In this document: piece by piece, positions 27,689 to 37,036 of the stretch
Layout of the letters: each line of letters starts with the position of its first letter
Numbering within the stretch: the first letter of the stretch is position 1
Source: Nocardioidaceae bacterium
GTDB taxonomy: Bacteria > Actinomycetota > Actinomycetes > Propionibacteriales > Nocardioidaceae
DNA length: 50,921 nucleotides
Reading direction: 5' to 3'
Assembly (NCBI GenBank): GCA_035457605.1
Contig: DATIBI010000245.1
Location: forward strand, 1-50,921
Notes under the pieces: model-generated
Told to the model about the DNA's origin: nothing
The model's database searches: none
Seen by the model: only the letters and a program-made list of their open reading frames with translations
Position numbers and translations under genes: made by a program

Positions 27689-28270
27689 ATGCACCTGACC
27701 CCGCGCGAGCAGGAGCGGCTGCTGCTCAGTGCCGCCGCCGACCTGGCGCGTCGCCGGCTCGCCCGCGGCGCGCTGCTCGGGGCGACGGAGGCGGTGGCGC
27801 TCGTGTGCGACGAGATCTGCGAGATGGCCTGGGACGACCTGCCTCTCGGGGACGTGGTCGACCGGGCGCGGCACGTCGTACCCGCCTCAGCCCTGCTCCC
27901 CGAGGTCCCCGCTCTCGTGCCACAGCTGCAGGTGGAGGCGCTCTTCCCGCACGGCACGGTCCTGGTGCACGTCGCCCACCCCTTCGGCGAGCCCGCGGCG
28001 ACCGGCGCGGGAGCGGTGGTCGCCCACGAGGCGCCCGTCGAGCTGGCGCCGGCACGTCAGCGCCGCACGGTCCGGCTGCACAACACCGGCGCCCAGCCGA
28101 TCTGGGTCTCCTCCCACGTGCCCCTCGGCCACCTCAACCCGGCGCTGGACGTCTCCCTGGGCGAGCCGGACGGCTTCCGCCTGGACCTGCCGGCGGGTAC
28201 GGCGGTCAGGATCGGCCCCGGGGACGCCGAGGAGCTGCCCGCGGTCGCGATCGGCGGGGACGTCCGATGA
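27689..28270 (+). CDS. ureAB: fused urease gamma/beta subunit (divergent)
   Basis: MHLTPREQERL..QVEALFPHGT.LV (gamma); NTG.QPIWVSSH..NPAL..GFRLDLPAGTAVR (beta). Confidence 0.9.
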   Translation: MHLTPREQERLLLSAAADLARRRLARGALLGATEAVALVCDEICEMAWDDLPLGDVVDRARHVVPASALLPEVPALVPQLQVEALFPHGTVLVHVAHPFGEPAATGAGAVVAHEAPVELAPARQRRTVRLHNTGAQPIWVSSHVPLGHLNPALDVSLGEPDGFRLDLPAGTAVRIGPGDAEELPAVAIGGDVR

Positions 28271-29955
28271 GCCGCATCGACCCGCGCGACTACGCGAGCC
28301 TCTACGGCCCCACCACCGGGGACCGGGTCCGGCTGGCCGACACCGACCTGTGGGTCGAGGTCGAGGCGGACGACACCGAGCCCGGCGAGGAGATGATCGG
28401 CGGCTGCGGGAAGACCGCCCGGCTCGGGGCCCTGGTCAGCCCGGCCACGGACCGGGCCAGCGCGCTCGACCTGGTCGTGCTCGGGGTGCTCCTGGTCGAC
28501 CCGGTCCTCGGCGTGCGCAAGACCAGCATCGGCGTCAAGGACGGCCGGGTGGTCGGCGTCGGGCGGGCCGGGAACCCGGACGTGCAGCACGGCGTCGACC
28601 TGGTCGTCGACGCGCACACCGCGATGATCCCTGGCGAGGGCCTGATCGCCACCCCCGGCGTGGTCGACTCCCACGTGCACCTGTCCAACGCGGACCTGGT
28701 CGCCGCCGCCCTGTCGGCGGGGGTCACCACGATCGTCGGGATGGGCATCGGCGGGGTCTGGGACGTCGGCGCGAACCCGCGCACCAACCTGCACAGCCTG
28801 ATCGCCGGTTGGGCCCACGCCCCGGTCAACGCCGCGTTCCTCGCCCGCGGCTCGTCGACCTCCGCGGACCTGCTGGAGCAGGCGGTGCTCTCCGGCTGCG
28901 GCGGGTTCAAGGTGCACGAGGACTGGGGCGCGAGCCCCCGCGTGGTCGACACCTGCCTGTCGGTGGCGGAGCAGGTGGACCTCCCGGTCGCCCTGCACAC
29001 CGACACCCTGAACGAGTCCGGCTACCTCGAGGACACCCTGGAGGCGACCCGGGGGCGGACGGTGCACGCCTACCACGTCGAGGGCGGCGGCGGTCATCCC
29101 GACCTGTTGCGGATCGTGGAGCAGCCGCACGTGCTGTGCTCCTCGACCACCCCCACGCTGCCGCTGACCCCGTCCACCGTCGCCGAGCTGGGGCCGATGA
29201 CGATGACCGTGCACCGCGGCCACGGCTCGCTGGCCAGTGACCGGGAGATCGCCGCGAGCCGGATCCGCGAGCACGCGATCGCGGCCGAGAACCGGCTGCA
29301 CGACCTGGGCGCGGTGAGCATCATCAACTCCGACGCGCTCGGGATGGGCCGGATCGGGGAGACCGCGCGCCGCGCCTGGCAGCTCGCGCACGTGCAGGCG
29401 ACGCTCGCGGGGGAGGCCGGACCGGACTTCCCCAACAACGCCCGGGTCCTGCGCTACCTGGCCAAGCTCACCCACAACGCCGCCGTCGCGCACGGGCTCG
29501 CCGGCGACGTCGGCTCCCTCCAGCCCGGCCGGCTCGCCGACATCGTGCTGTGGCACCCCGCCTGGTTCGGTGCCGAGCCCGAGCTCGTCATCAAGTCCGG
29601 CTTCGTCGCCTGGGGCAACGCCGGGTCCGGCACGGGCTCCACCCGGCTCACCCAGCCGCGGAGGATGCGCGCGTTCTACGGCGGGCTCGGCGAGGCACCC
29701 GCACGGCTGTCCCGGATCTTCGTGTCCCAGGCCTGCCTCGACGACCGGGACGCCGCCGACCGGCTCCCGCGCGGGCACCGGTACTCCGCGATCGGGGGCA
29801 GCCGCGGACTGACCTGCGACGCGATGCTGCACAACACCGCGACGCCACGGGTCGAGGTCGCCCCCGAGCCGACCCCGGTGACCGTCGACGGGGTCGAGGT
29901 CCCGCTGCACCACGCGCACCACCTGCCGTTGACCACGACCCACCACCTGGCCTGA
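28267..29955 (+). CDS. ureC: urease alpha subunit-like amidohydrolase (divergent)
   Basis: YASLYGPTTGDRVRLADTDL, DSHVH, FKVHEDWG, LHTDTLNESG, YHVEG, NSDALGMGR. ATGA overlap. Confidence 0.9.
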   Translation: MSRIDPRDYASLYGPTTGDRVRLADTDLWVEVEADDTEPGEEMIGGCGKTARLGALVSPATDRASALDLVVLGVLLVDPVLGVRKTSIGVKDGRVVGVGRAGNPDVQHGVDLVVDAHTAMIPGEGLIATPGVVDSHVHLSNADLVAAALSAGVTTIVGMGIGGVWDVGANPRTNLHSLIAGWAHAPVNAAFLARGSSTSADLLEQAVLSGCGGFKVHEDWGASPRVVDTCLSVAEQVDLPVALHTDTLNESGYLEDTLEATRGRTVHAYHVEGGGGHPDLLRIVEQPHVLCSSTTPTLPLTPSTVAELGPMTMTVHRGHGSLASDREIAASRIREHAIAAENRLHDLGAVSIINSDALGMGRIGETARRAWQLAHVQATLAGEAGPDFPNNARVLRYLAKLTHNAAVAHGLAGDVGSLQPGRLADIVLWHPAWFGAEPELVIKSGFVAWGNAGSGTGSTRLTQPRRMRAFYGGLGEAPARLSRIFVSQACLDDRDAADRLPRGHRYSAIGGSRGLTCDAMLHNTATPRVEVAPEPTPVTVDGVEVPLHHAHHLPLTTTHHLA

Positions 29956-29982
29956 GCGGTCGCCGGAACAGGAAGGACTCCC

Positions 29983-31620
29983 GTGCACGTCGACCTACTG
30001 GTCCACAACGCCGACATCATCACCCTCGACCCGGCCCGGCCCCGGGCCCGGACCCTGGCCGTGCACCACGGCCGGGTGCTCGCGCTCGACCCGGAGCAGC
30101 CGGTCACCGCGGCGACGACGGTCGACGCCCAGGGCGCCACGGTCACCCCGGGCTTCGGCGACGCGCACAACCACATGGCCTGGTTCGGGCTGGCCCTCGA
30201 CGAGATCGACCTCGGCGCCGCCACGAGCCTGGACGAGGTCTACGAGCTCGTCGCGGCCCGGGCGGAGACGCTGGAGAACGACGCCATGGTGGTCGGCAGC
30301 GGGTACGACGACACCCGGCTCGGCGGGCACCCGCACCGACGGATCCTGGACCGGGTCGCGGGCGGTCGCCCGGTGTGGCTCAAGCACCGGTCGGGTCACG
30401 TCTGCGCGGTCAGCAGTGCGCTGCTGTCCCGCGCCGGGATCCTCGACGGCCGCGCCGCGGTGCCGGAGGGGGGTGTCGTCGTGCAGGACCAGGACGGTCC
30501 CACCGGCGTGCTGGAGGAGCAGGCGCAGAACCTGGTGGTGGACCTCGTCGTCCCCTACCCGGTCCGCACGCTCCACGACGCGGTGGCCCGCGCCTCGCGG
30601 GTGTTCGCCGCCGAGGGGCTCACCCACGTCACCGAGGCGGGCATCGGGCACGGCTGGCTGGGCAAGAGCGCACTCGAGCTGTCGGCCTACCAGCGGGCGC
30701 GGGAGGAGGGCGAGCTCGCCGTCCGGGTCCAGCTGATGCCGACCGCGTCCGCGCTGCACGACCTTCGCGGGCACGCCGAGGACGACATGCGCTTCGGGCT
30801 CGACCTCGGGATCCGCACCGGGTTCGGCGACGACCGGGTCCGGATCGGCCCGATGAAGATCTGGCTGGACGGGTCGCTCGTCGCGCACACGGCCGCGGTC
30901 ACCGAGCCGTTCTGCGACTGCGGCCACGGCAGCGGCTACTTCCAGGACGACCCCGCCACCATGCGGCAACGCCTCCTCGACGCGCACGAGGGCGGCTGGC
31001 GGGTGGCCGCACACGCCATCGGGGACCGGGCCGTGGACCTCGCGCTCGACGCGTTCGAGGAGGCGCAGAAACGCCGGCCCCGTCCCGACGTACGCCACCG
31101 CATCGAGCACGCCGGGATCACCCGACCGGACCAGGTCGCCCGCATGGCGACGCTGGGGGTCACCCCGGTGCCGCAACACCGGTTCCTCCACGACATCGGC
31201 GACACCATGGTCGCCGCGGTCGGGGCCGGCCGGGTCGACCAGCTCTACCGGCACGCCCGGTTCCTCGCCGCGGGTCTGCGCGTCCCGGGCAGCTCCGACC
31301 GGCCCGTCGCGGACGGACGGCCGCTCGCCGGGATGCAGTCGATGGTGGAGCGCCTGAGCGACACCGGCAGTCTGATCGGTCCCGACGAGCGGGTGGACGC
31401 CGAGACGGCGCTGCGGTCCTACACCGTGGACGCCGCCTGGGTGGCCGGGGAGGAGCACCAGCGGGGCACGCTGACCCCCGGCAAGCTGGCCGACTTCGTC
31501 CTGCTCGGCGACGACATCACCGCCGTCGACAGCTCCAGGATCTCCTCCACACAGGTGGTTGCGACCTTCCTCGGTGGGCACTGCACCCACGGTCAGGAGG
31601 CGGTACTCCCTGCCCCCTGA
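29983..31620 (+). CDS. YtcJ/NfdA-like metal-dependent amidohydrolase (Amidohydro_3)
   Basis: PGFGDAHNH, KIWLDGSL, HAIGD, HRIEHA, GSSDRP, GKLADFV. Confidence 0.92.
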   Translation: MHVDLLVHNADIITLDPARPRARTLAVHHGRVLALDPEQPVTAATTVDAQGATVTPGFGDAHNHMAWFGLALDEIDLGAATSLDEVYELVAARAETLENDAMVVGSGYDDTRLGGHPHRRILDRVAGGRPVWLKHRSGHVCAVSSALLSRAGILDGRAAVPEGGVVVQDQDGPTGVLEEQAQNLVVDLVVPYPVRTLHDAVARASRVFAAEGLTHVTEAGIGHGWLGKSALELSAYQRAREEGELAVRVQLMPTASALHDLRGHAEDDMRFGLDLGIRTGFGDDRVRIGPMKIWLDGSLVAHTAAVTEPFCDCGHGSGYFQDDPATMRQRLLDAHEGGWRVAAHAIGDRAVDLALDAFEEAQKRRPRPDVRHRIEHAGITRPDQVARMATLGVTPVPQHRFLHDIGDTMVAAVGAGRVDQLYRHARFLAAGLRVPGSSDRPVADGRPLAGMQSMVERLSDTGSLIGPDERVDAETALRSYTVDAAWVAGEEHQRGTLTPGKLADFVLLGDDITAVDSSRISSTQVVATFLGGHCTHGQEAVLPAP

Positions 31621-31663
31621 CCCCGCACCGCCAGGCCCCCTCACTGAACCGTTGGAGCAGCCC

Positions 31664-32989
31664 ATGAGCCGGACAGAGAACCCCACGACCGCCCCCGTCG
31701 AGGTCACCGAGAGCGAGGCGAGACGCGTCGCGTTCGCCGCGTTCGTCGGGACCGCCCTCGAGTGGTACGACTACTTCCTCTACGGCACCGCCGCCGCGCT
31801 GGTGTTCAACAAGCTCTTCTTCGTCACCGGGGACCCGCTGGTCTCCACCCTCGCCGCGTTCGCCTCGTTCGCGGTCGGGTTCGCCGCCCGCCCGATCGGG
31901 GCGATCCTGTTCGGCCACCTCGGCGACCGGATCGGCCGGCGCAAGACGCTGATCATCACCGTCATCCTCATCGGGATCGCCACCGGCGCGATCGGCTTCC
32001 TGCCCGACTTCGCCGCGATCGGCGTGGCCGCGCCCGTGCTGCTGACCCTGCTGCGGCTGCTGCAGGGTGTCGCGGTCGGCGGCGAGTGGGGCGGCGCGGT
32101 CACCTTGGCCGTCGAGCACGCCCCGATCGAGCGGCGGGGCAGGTACGCCGCGCTCCCGCAGATCGGCTCACCGATCGGCACGCTGCTCTCCTCCGGCGCG
32201 ATCCTGCTGGTGTCGCTGCTTCCCGCCGAGAGCTTCGACGCGTGGGGCTGGCGGATCCCGTTCCTGGCCGCGTTCCCGCTGCTCTACGTCGCGGTCTACC
32301 TGCGCCGCCGGGTGGAGGAGTCCCCGCTGTTCGAGCAGCTCCTCGAGGAGGACGAGCTGGCCTCCAGCCCGGTCAAGGACGTGGTCGTCAGCGCGTTCCC
32401 GCAGCTGCTCGTCGGTGCCGGCTCCACGCTGCTCGGCGTCGGCGGTTTCTACCTGGCCACCACCTTCATGATCAGCTACGGGACCGGGACGCTCGGCATC
32501 GAGAACTCGGTGATGCTCACCGCCACGCTGGTGGCGGCCGTGGTGGAGATCGGTGTGCTCATCGCCGGCGGGCGGCTGGCCGAGCGGTTCGGGGCCGGTC
32601 CGGTCACCGTCGCGGGGGGCCTGCTGGCCGCGCTCGCCGCGTTCCCGGTGTTCTGGATGGTCGACACCGCCAACACCGTCGTGGTGGTCCTCGGTGTGAC
32701 GTTCGCCGTCGCGTGCCTGTCGATCCCGTACGCGGTCTCCGGCGTGCTGCTCACCAACCTCTTCCCGGCGACGGTGCGCTACAGCGGGGTGGCGCTGTCG
32801 GCCAACTTCGCGGGCGTGGTGAGCGGCTTCGTGCCGCTGGCCGCGACCGCCCTCCTCGCCGCCAGCGGGGAGGAGTCCTGGGCCCCTGCCCTGATGCTGG
32901 TCGGCATCGCCCTCGTCACCGCGGTCTCGGGATGGATCGCGCCGCGGATCTCGCTCGGGCACGACGAGGTGAGGGCGGCGGCTCGCTGA
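31664..32989 (+). CDS. MFS transporter, metabolite:H+ symporter (ShiA/ProP-like) family
   Basis: GTALEWYDYFLYG, FGHLGDRIGRR, GGEWGGA, WGWRIPFL, EESP. Confidence 0.95.
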   Translation: MSRTENPTTAPVEVTESEARRVAFAAFVGTALEWYDYFLYGTAAALVFNKLFFVTGDPLVSTLAAFASFAVGFAARPIGAILFGHLGDRIGRRKTLIITVILIGIATGAIGFLPDFAAIGVAAPVLLTLLRLLQGVAVGGEWGGAVTLAVEHAPIERRGRYAALPQIGSPIGTLLSSGAILLVSLLPAESFDAWGWRIPFLAAFPLLYVAVYLRRRVEESPLFEQLLEEDELASSPVKDVVVSAFPQLLVGAGSTLLGVGGFYLATTFMISYGTGTLGIENSVMLTATLVAAVVEIGVLIAGGRLAERFGAGPVTVAGGLLAALAAFPVFWMVDTANTVVVVLGVTFAVACLSIPYAVSGVLLTNLFPATVRYSGVALSANFAGVVSGFVPLAATALLAASGEESWAPALMLVGIALVTAVSGWIAPRISLGHDEVRAAAR

Positions 32990-34214
32990 GCGGCCGGCGG
33001 GCGAAGTCGGGGGCGTGCTCGGGTCGGGGTCCCACCCCGATCAGGTAGGCGGTCAGCCCCGACACCTGCGGGACCCTCTGCAGCACGGCGAGAACCGGGG
33101 CAGGGGGTCCCATCCTGCGGCCGTCGAGGATCGGCATCACCAGGCCGCGGTGCATCAGCCGTTGCACGGTCTGCACGACCAGGGTCGGGAGGAGCCTGCG
33201 CCGACGGACCCTCTCCAGGTCGCGCGGGGTCACCGAACCGCGGCCCAGCGGTCCGGCCAGCAGCGTCGCGGCGGCCACCGCGTCCTGCACGGCGAGGTTG
33301 ATGCCGACCCCGCCGACCGGGGACATCGCGTGCGCCGCGTCGCCGATGCACAGCAGGCCCTCGATGTGCCAGCGCCGGAGCCGGTTCACGCGGACGTCGA
33401 GGTGCTTGACGGCGTCCATCGACTCAAGCTCTGCGACCCGGTCGGCCAGCTCCGGCATCAGCTCGGTGATGTCCCGGCGGAAGCTCTCGATGCCGCGGGC
33501 CCGGATCTGCGGGTCGGTGCCCTTGCGGGCGACGTAGGCCAGCTGCAGGTAGTCGGTGCGCGGGATCACCAGCGCGAACCTGCCCCGGCCGGCCCGCGGG
33601 GTGAGCGCCGCCGCGGGGTCCGCCGGGGTGCGTGAGAGCCGGAACCACCACACGTCGATCGGGACCGGGAGCTCCCTCACGCGCAGGTCCGCCTGCTCCC
33701 GGGCGATCGACCAGCGGCCGTCGCAGGCCACCACCAGGTCGGCCCGGGTCTCGCCGGTCGAGCCGTCCTCGCCGCGGTGGCGCACCCCCACCACCCGACC
33801 CGACTCGCGCACCAGGTCGGTGACCTCGGTGCGCATCCGCAGGGTGAACGTGGGCTCCTCGCGCCCGGCCTCGGCGAGCAGGTTGAGCAGGTCCCACTGC
33901 GGCACCATCGCGACATAGGGGTAGCGCACCTTCAGCCGCCGGAAGTCGGCCACCACCACGTCGCGACCGCCGCCGACCGGGAGCTCCACCTTCTCCAGCC
34001 GGCTGGAGGGCAGCCTGCCGAACTGCTCGGCCAGGCCGAGCTCGTCGAGCAGCTGGAGCGTCGACGGGTGCACCGTGTCCCCGCGGAAGTCGCGCAGGAA
34101 GTCCCCGTGCTTCTCCAGCACCTCGACCCGGATCCCGGCCCGCGCCAGCAGCAGCCCCAGCACCATGCCGGCGGGTCCGCCTCCGACGACCACGCAGGTG
34201 GCTCGATCGCCCAT
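32916..34214 (-). CDS. FAD-dependent oxidoreductase/monooxygenase
   Basis: GGGPAG, EKH.DFLRDFRGDTVHP, DGRWS, IGDAAHAMSPVGGVGINLAVQDA. Confidence 0.92.
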   Translation of the reverse strand: MGDRATCVVVGGGPAGMVLGLLLARAGIRVEVLEKHGDFLRDFRGDTVHPSTLQLLDELGLAEQFGRLPSSRLEKVELPVGGGRDVVVADFRRLKVRYPYVAMVPQWDLLNLLAEAGREEPTFTLRMRTEVTDLVRESGRVVGVRHRGEDGSTGETRADLVVACDGRWSIAREQADLRVRELPVPIDVWWFRLSRTPADPAAALTPRAGRGRFALVIPRTDYLQLAYVARKGTDPQIRARGIESFRRDITELMPELADRVAELESMDAVKHLDVRVNRLRRWHIEGLLCIGDAAHAMSPVGGVGINLAVQDAVAAATLLAGPLGRGSVTPRDLERVRRRRLLPTLVVQTVQRLMHRGLVMPILDGRRMGPPAPVLAVLQRVPQVSGLTAYLIGVGPRPEHAPDFARRPLSEPPPSPRRARARSAARSIPRPR

Positions 34215-34260
34215 GTCCAGCACCTCCCCGTCCACGGTAGGGCCTGCCACACTCGGGCGC

Positions 34261-34650
34261 ATGAGCTCGCCGGCCCTCGCGCCCTGCCCCTGCGGAAGCG
34301 GAGCGAGGTACGGCGCGTGCTGCGGGCCGCTGCACGACGGTGAACCGGCCGCCACGGCCGAGGCGCTGATGCGCTCGCGCTACGCGGCCTACGCCACCGG
34401 CCGGGAGGACTACGTGTTCCGGACCTGGCACCCGCGGACCAGGCCGGCGGACCTGTCCCTGACGCCGCAGACCACGTGGCTCGGCCTCGAGGTGCTGGGC
34501 ACGGTCGACGGAGGGCCGGACGACGACACCGGCGTGGTGGAGTTCCGGACCCGGTTCCGCAGCCCGTCGGGGGATCAGGTGATGCACGAGACGAGCCGGT
34601 TCGTCCGGCGCGCAGGACGCTGGGTGTACCTCGACGGGGAGCTGCGCTAG
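34261..34650 (+). CDS. ychJ: YchJ-family SEC-C motif protein
   Basis: CPCGSG..Y..CC.P, TAEALMRSRY, WHP.TRP, HETSRF, WVYLDG. Confidence 0.92.
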   Translation: MSSPALAPCPCGSGARYGACCGPLHDGEPAATAEALMRSRYAAYATGREDYVFRTWHPRTRPADLSLTPQTTWLGLEVLGTVDGGPDDDTGVVEFRTRFRSPSGDQVMHETSRFVRRAGRWVYLDGELR

Positions 34651-34733
34651 ACCCCTCTGCGCCCGGAGGGCAGCCCGGGACTAGTCCGAGATCGTCTTGA
34701 CAGCCTCTCCGGCGCAGCCGTTTGGTTGACGGT

Positions 34734-35450
34734 ATGACTGCGCCCGAGCGGGGGTCGAGTCCCGTCCCCGCCAAGGGGCGGATCCCGGCGGCCCGCTCGC
34801 CCGCGGACGCCGGTGGCGGGCGCGACCAGGCCGAGCTGGCCGCCCTGCGCCGCGGCGACCAGGCCGCGTTCATGGCGCTGGTGCGCCGGCTCCACCCGAC
34901 GATGGTCGGTGTGGCCAGCAGCTACGTCGCCTCGCGGGCGGTGGCCGAGGAGGTCACCCAGGACACCTGGGTCGCCGTCCTGGAGGAGCTCGACCGGTTC
35001 GAGGGCCGCTCGTCGCTGAAGACCTGGATCTTCCGGATCCTCACGAACAAGGCGAAGACCCGGGGCGTGCGGGAGCGGCGCACCCTGCCGTTCTCGTCGC
35101 TGGCCACCCAGCAGGAGACCGAGGGGCCGGCGATGCCGCCCGAGACGTTCCTCGACGACGAGCACCGGTGGGCGGGACACTGGGCCTCGCCGGTCGCCCC
35201 CTGGGAGCTGCCCGAGGAGCACGTGCTGTCGTCGGAGCTCGCCGCGGTGATCCGGCGGGCGATCGACGACCTGCCACCGGGCCAGCGGGCCGTGGTCGCG
35301 CTCCGGGACGGGCAGTCGCTGGCCTCGCACGAGGTGTGCGACCTGCTCGGCATCTCCGAGGCGAACCAGCGCGTGCTGCTGCACCGGGGTCGGATCAAGG
35401 TGAGGGCTGCGATCGCCGACTACGCGGCGAGAGTGGGGGTGGCGTCGTGA
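34734..35450 (+). CDS. ECF RNA polymerase sigma factor
   Basis: AEEVTQDTW, FEGRSSLKTWIFRIL, LP..QRAVV.LRD, ISEANQRVLLHRGR. Confidence 0.93.
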   Translation: MTAPERGSSPVPAKGRIPAARSPADAGGGRDQAELAALRRGDQAAFMALVRRLHPTMVGVASSYVASRAVAEEVTQDTWVAVLEELDRFEGRSSLKTWIFRILTNKAKTRGVRERRTLPFSSLATQQETEGPAMPPETFLDDEHRWAGHWASPVAPWELPEEHVLSSELAAVIRRAIDDLPPGQRAVVALRDGQSLASHEVCDLLGISEANQRVLLHRGRIKVRAAIADYAARVGVAS

Positions 35451-35692
35451 ACCCGGATGAGGTCCAGTGCCGGGAGGTGGTCGACGTGCTCAGCGACTAC
35501 CTCGAAGGGGCGCTGCCCGCGGAGCAGCGGGTCATCCTCGAGCAGCACCTGCTCGGCTGCGAGGGGTGCACCAACTACGTCGCGCAGATGCGGACCTCGA
35601 TCGCGCTCACCGGCCGGCTGCAGGAGGCCGACGTGCCCGACCAGGTGATGGACCAGGTGCTGCGGATGTTCCGGGAACGGTCCGACTCGTGA
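35447..35692 (+). CDS. soluble zinc-binding (zf-HC2/ZAS) anti-sigma factor
   Basis: CREVVDVLSDYLEG..HLLGCEGC (HxxxCxxC). GTGA overlap with the sigma gene. Confidence 0.9.
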   Translation: MNPDEVQCREVVDVLSDYLEGALPAEQRVILEQHLLGCEGCTNYVAQMRTSIALTGRLQEADVPDQVMDQVLRMFRERSDS

Positions 35693-36357
35693 CCTGGTTC
35701 AAGTTCCTCGCCGCGGGCGCGGTGGCCCCGTTCAGCGGCCACCCTTGGCCGGCGCCGCACGGGCAGCACCCGGGCGACTGGGACGTGTGGACCGGGCCCC
35801 GCGAGCCGTGCCGCTCGGGGCTGCACGTGTGCCGCCCCGAGCACCTGCCGCTCTGGCTGAACGAGGAGCTGTACGCCGTCGAGGTCGCCGGCCCGACGGA
35901 CGAGTACGACACCTTCGCGGTGACCTCCAGGGCGCGGCTGCTGCACCGCGTCGACGCGTGGTCGCAGGGAACCGCCGGACGGTTCAGCAGCGCCTGCGCC
36001 TGGCACGTCCGCGACCTCGTGGCCGATGCCCTGCGGGCGCGAGGGCACGTGGCTGAGGCGGAGCGGCTCGAGGACTGCGCCAGCATCGAGCAGCTCGCCG
36101 GCACTGCCGACCGGCTCCGAGCCGCCGGGAACGGTGTGTCCCGGCTCGCCGGCTACACCGCGGACGCGGCGACCTTCGCGACCCGGGCCGCCGACGAAGC
36201 GAGGTGGCCGATGTCCACCGCCACCACCGGGCTCGTCGCTGCCCGGGCCGCGCAGGAGTCGGCCGGCGCGCAGGGCCGGGATGCCCTGGCCGCGGAGCGG
36301 TCGCGGCAGGCGGCGTGGCTGGCCGAGCACGTCGGGCTCGGCGAGGTGCCGGTCTAG
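35689..36357 (+). CDS. hypothetical protein with CxxGLHxC motif
   Basis: GTGA-coupled to the anti-sigma gene. WFKFL..PCRSGLHVC..WLNEELYAVE. Confidence 0.75.
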   Translation: MTWFKFLAAGAVAPFSGHPWPAPHGQHPGDWDVWTGPREPCRSGLHVCRPEHLPLWLNEELYAVEVAGPTDEYDTFAVTSRARLLHRVDAWSQGTAGRFSSACAWHVRDLVADALRARGHVAEAERLEDCASIEQLAGTADRLRAAGNGVSRLAGYTADAATFATRAADEARWPMSTATTGLVAARAAQESAGAQGRDALAAERSRQAAWLAEHVGLGEVPV

Positions 36358-36383
36358 CTCGGGCGGTCGGTGCCTGCTTGGGG

Positions 36384-36410
36384 TGTAACGGTTCTCGCCC
36401 CTCCCGGGAC
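36384..36410 (+). promoter_or_regulatory. putative ECF promoter TGTAAC-N17-GGAC
   Basis: 9 nt upstream of the DM13 gene start. Repeated motif. Confidence 0.65.
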
Positions 36411-36419
36411 AGCACCCGC

Positions 36420-36953
36420 ATGACAACGAACAAGCGGAGGGTCGTCGTACCCGCACTCGCGGCGCTGGCGATCCTGGCCGCGGTCGCCGCCTACCTCTTC
36501 CAGCCCTGGAAGCTCTGGACCGACGACGTGGTCGACGAGGCCCTGCCCGGGGTCACCGACGTTGCCGGGCGACCTGCGGCCGAGGGAGGTACGTCGGTCC
36601 GGGTGCTCGCCGCCGGCCGGTTCGTCAGCCACGAGCACACCACCTCCGGGACCGTGCGGGTGCTGGTGCTGCCCGACGGCGACCGGGTGCTGCGGTTGGA
36701 GGACTTCACCACGTCCAACGGCCCCGCGCTCGAGGTGTGGCTCGCCGACGCCCCGGTCGTCGCGGGACGCGAGGGCTGGTTCGTCTTCGACGACGGCGAG
36801 CACGCCGAGCTCGGTGAGCTGAAGGGGAACGTCGGCGACCAGAACTACGCCCTGCCGCCCACGGTGGACCTGAGCCGGCTCAGCAGCGTCAGCATCTGGT
36901 GCGACCGGTTCAACGTCTCCTTCGGCGCGGCCGAGCTGCGCCTGCGCAGCTGA
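36420..36953 (+). CDS. membrane-anchored DM13 domain protein
   Basis: FQPWKLW..VDEALP, HEHTTSG, NGPAL, LGELKGNVGDQNY, IWCDRFNVSFG. Confidence 0.92.
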   Translation: MTTNKRRVVVPALAALAILAAVAAYLFQPWKLWTDDVVDEALPGVTDVAGRPAAEGGTSVRVLAAGRFVSHEHTTSGTVRVLVLPDGDRVLRLEDFTTSNGPALEVWLADAPVVAGREGWFVFDDGEHAELGELKGNVGDQNYALPPTVDLSRLSSVSIWCDRFNVSFGAAELRLRS

Positions 36954-36955
36954 GC

Positions 36956-36982
36956 CGTGACGCCCGCCCGGCCGGCCGGGAC
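36956..36982 (+). promoter_or_regulatory. putative ECF promoter CGTGAC-N17-GGAC
   Basis: Upstream of the disulfide oxidoreductase, same spacing as the other copies. Confidence 0.55.
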
Positions 36983-37036
36983 AGTGTCCGCACCACGCAC
37001 CTGAGAAACCCATCCACCACGCCCGAGGAGGCACCC

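Noticed and set aside
27689-29955. Urease pseudogene
   Set aside because: Both frames are intact and coupled, and all metal ligands are retained.
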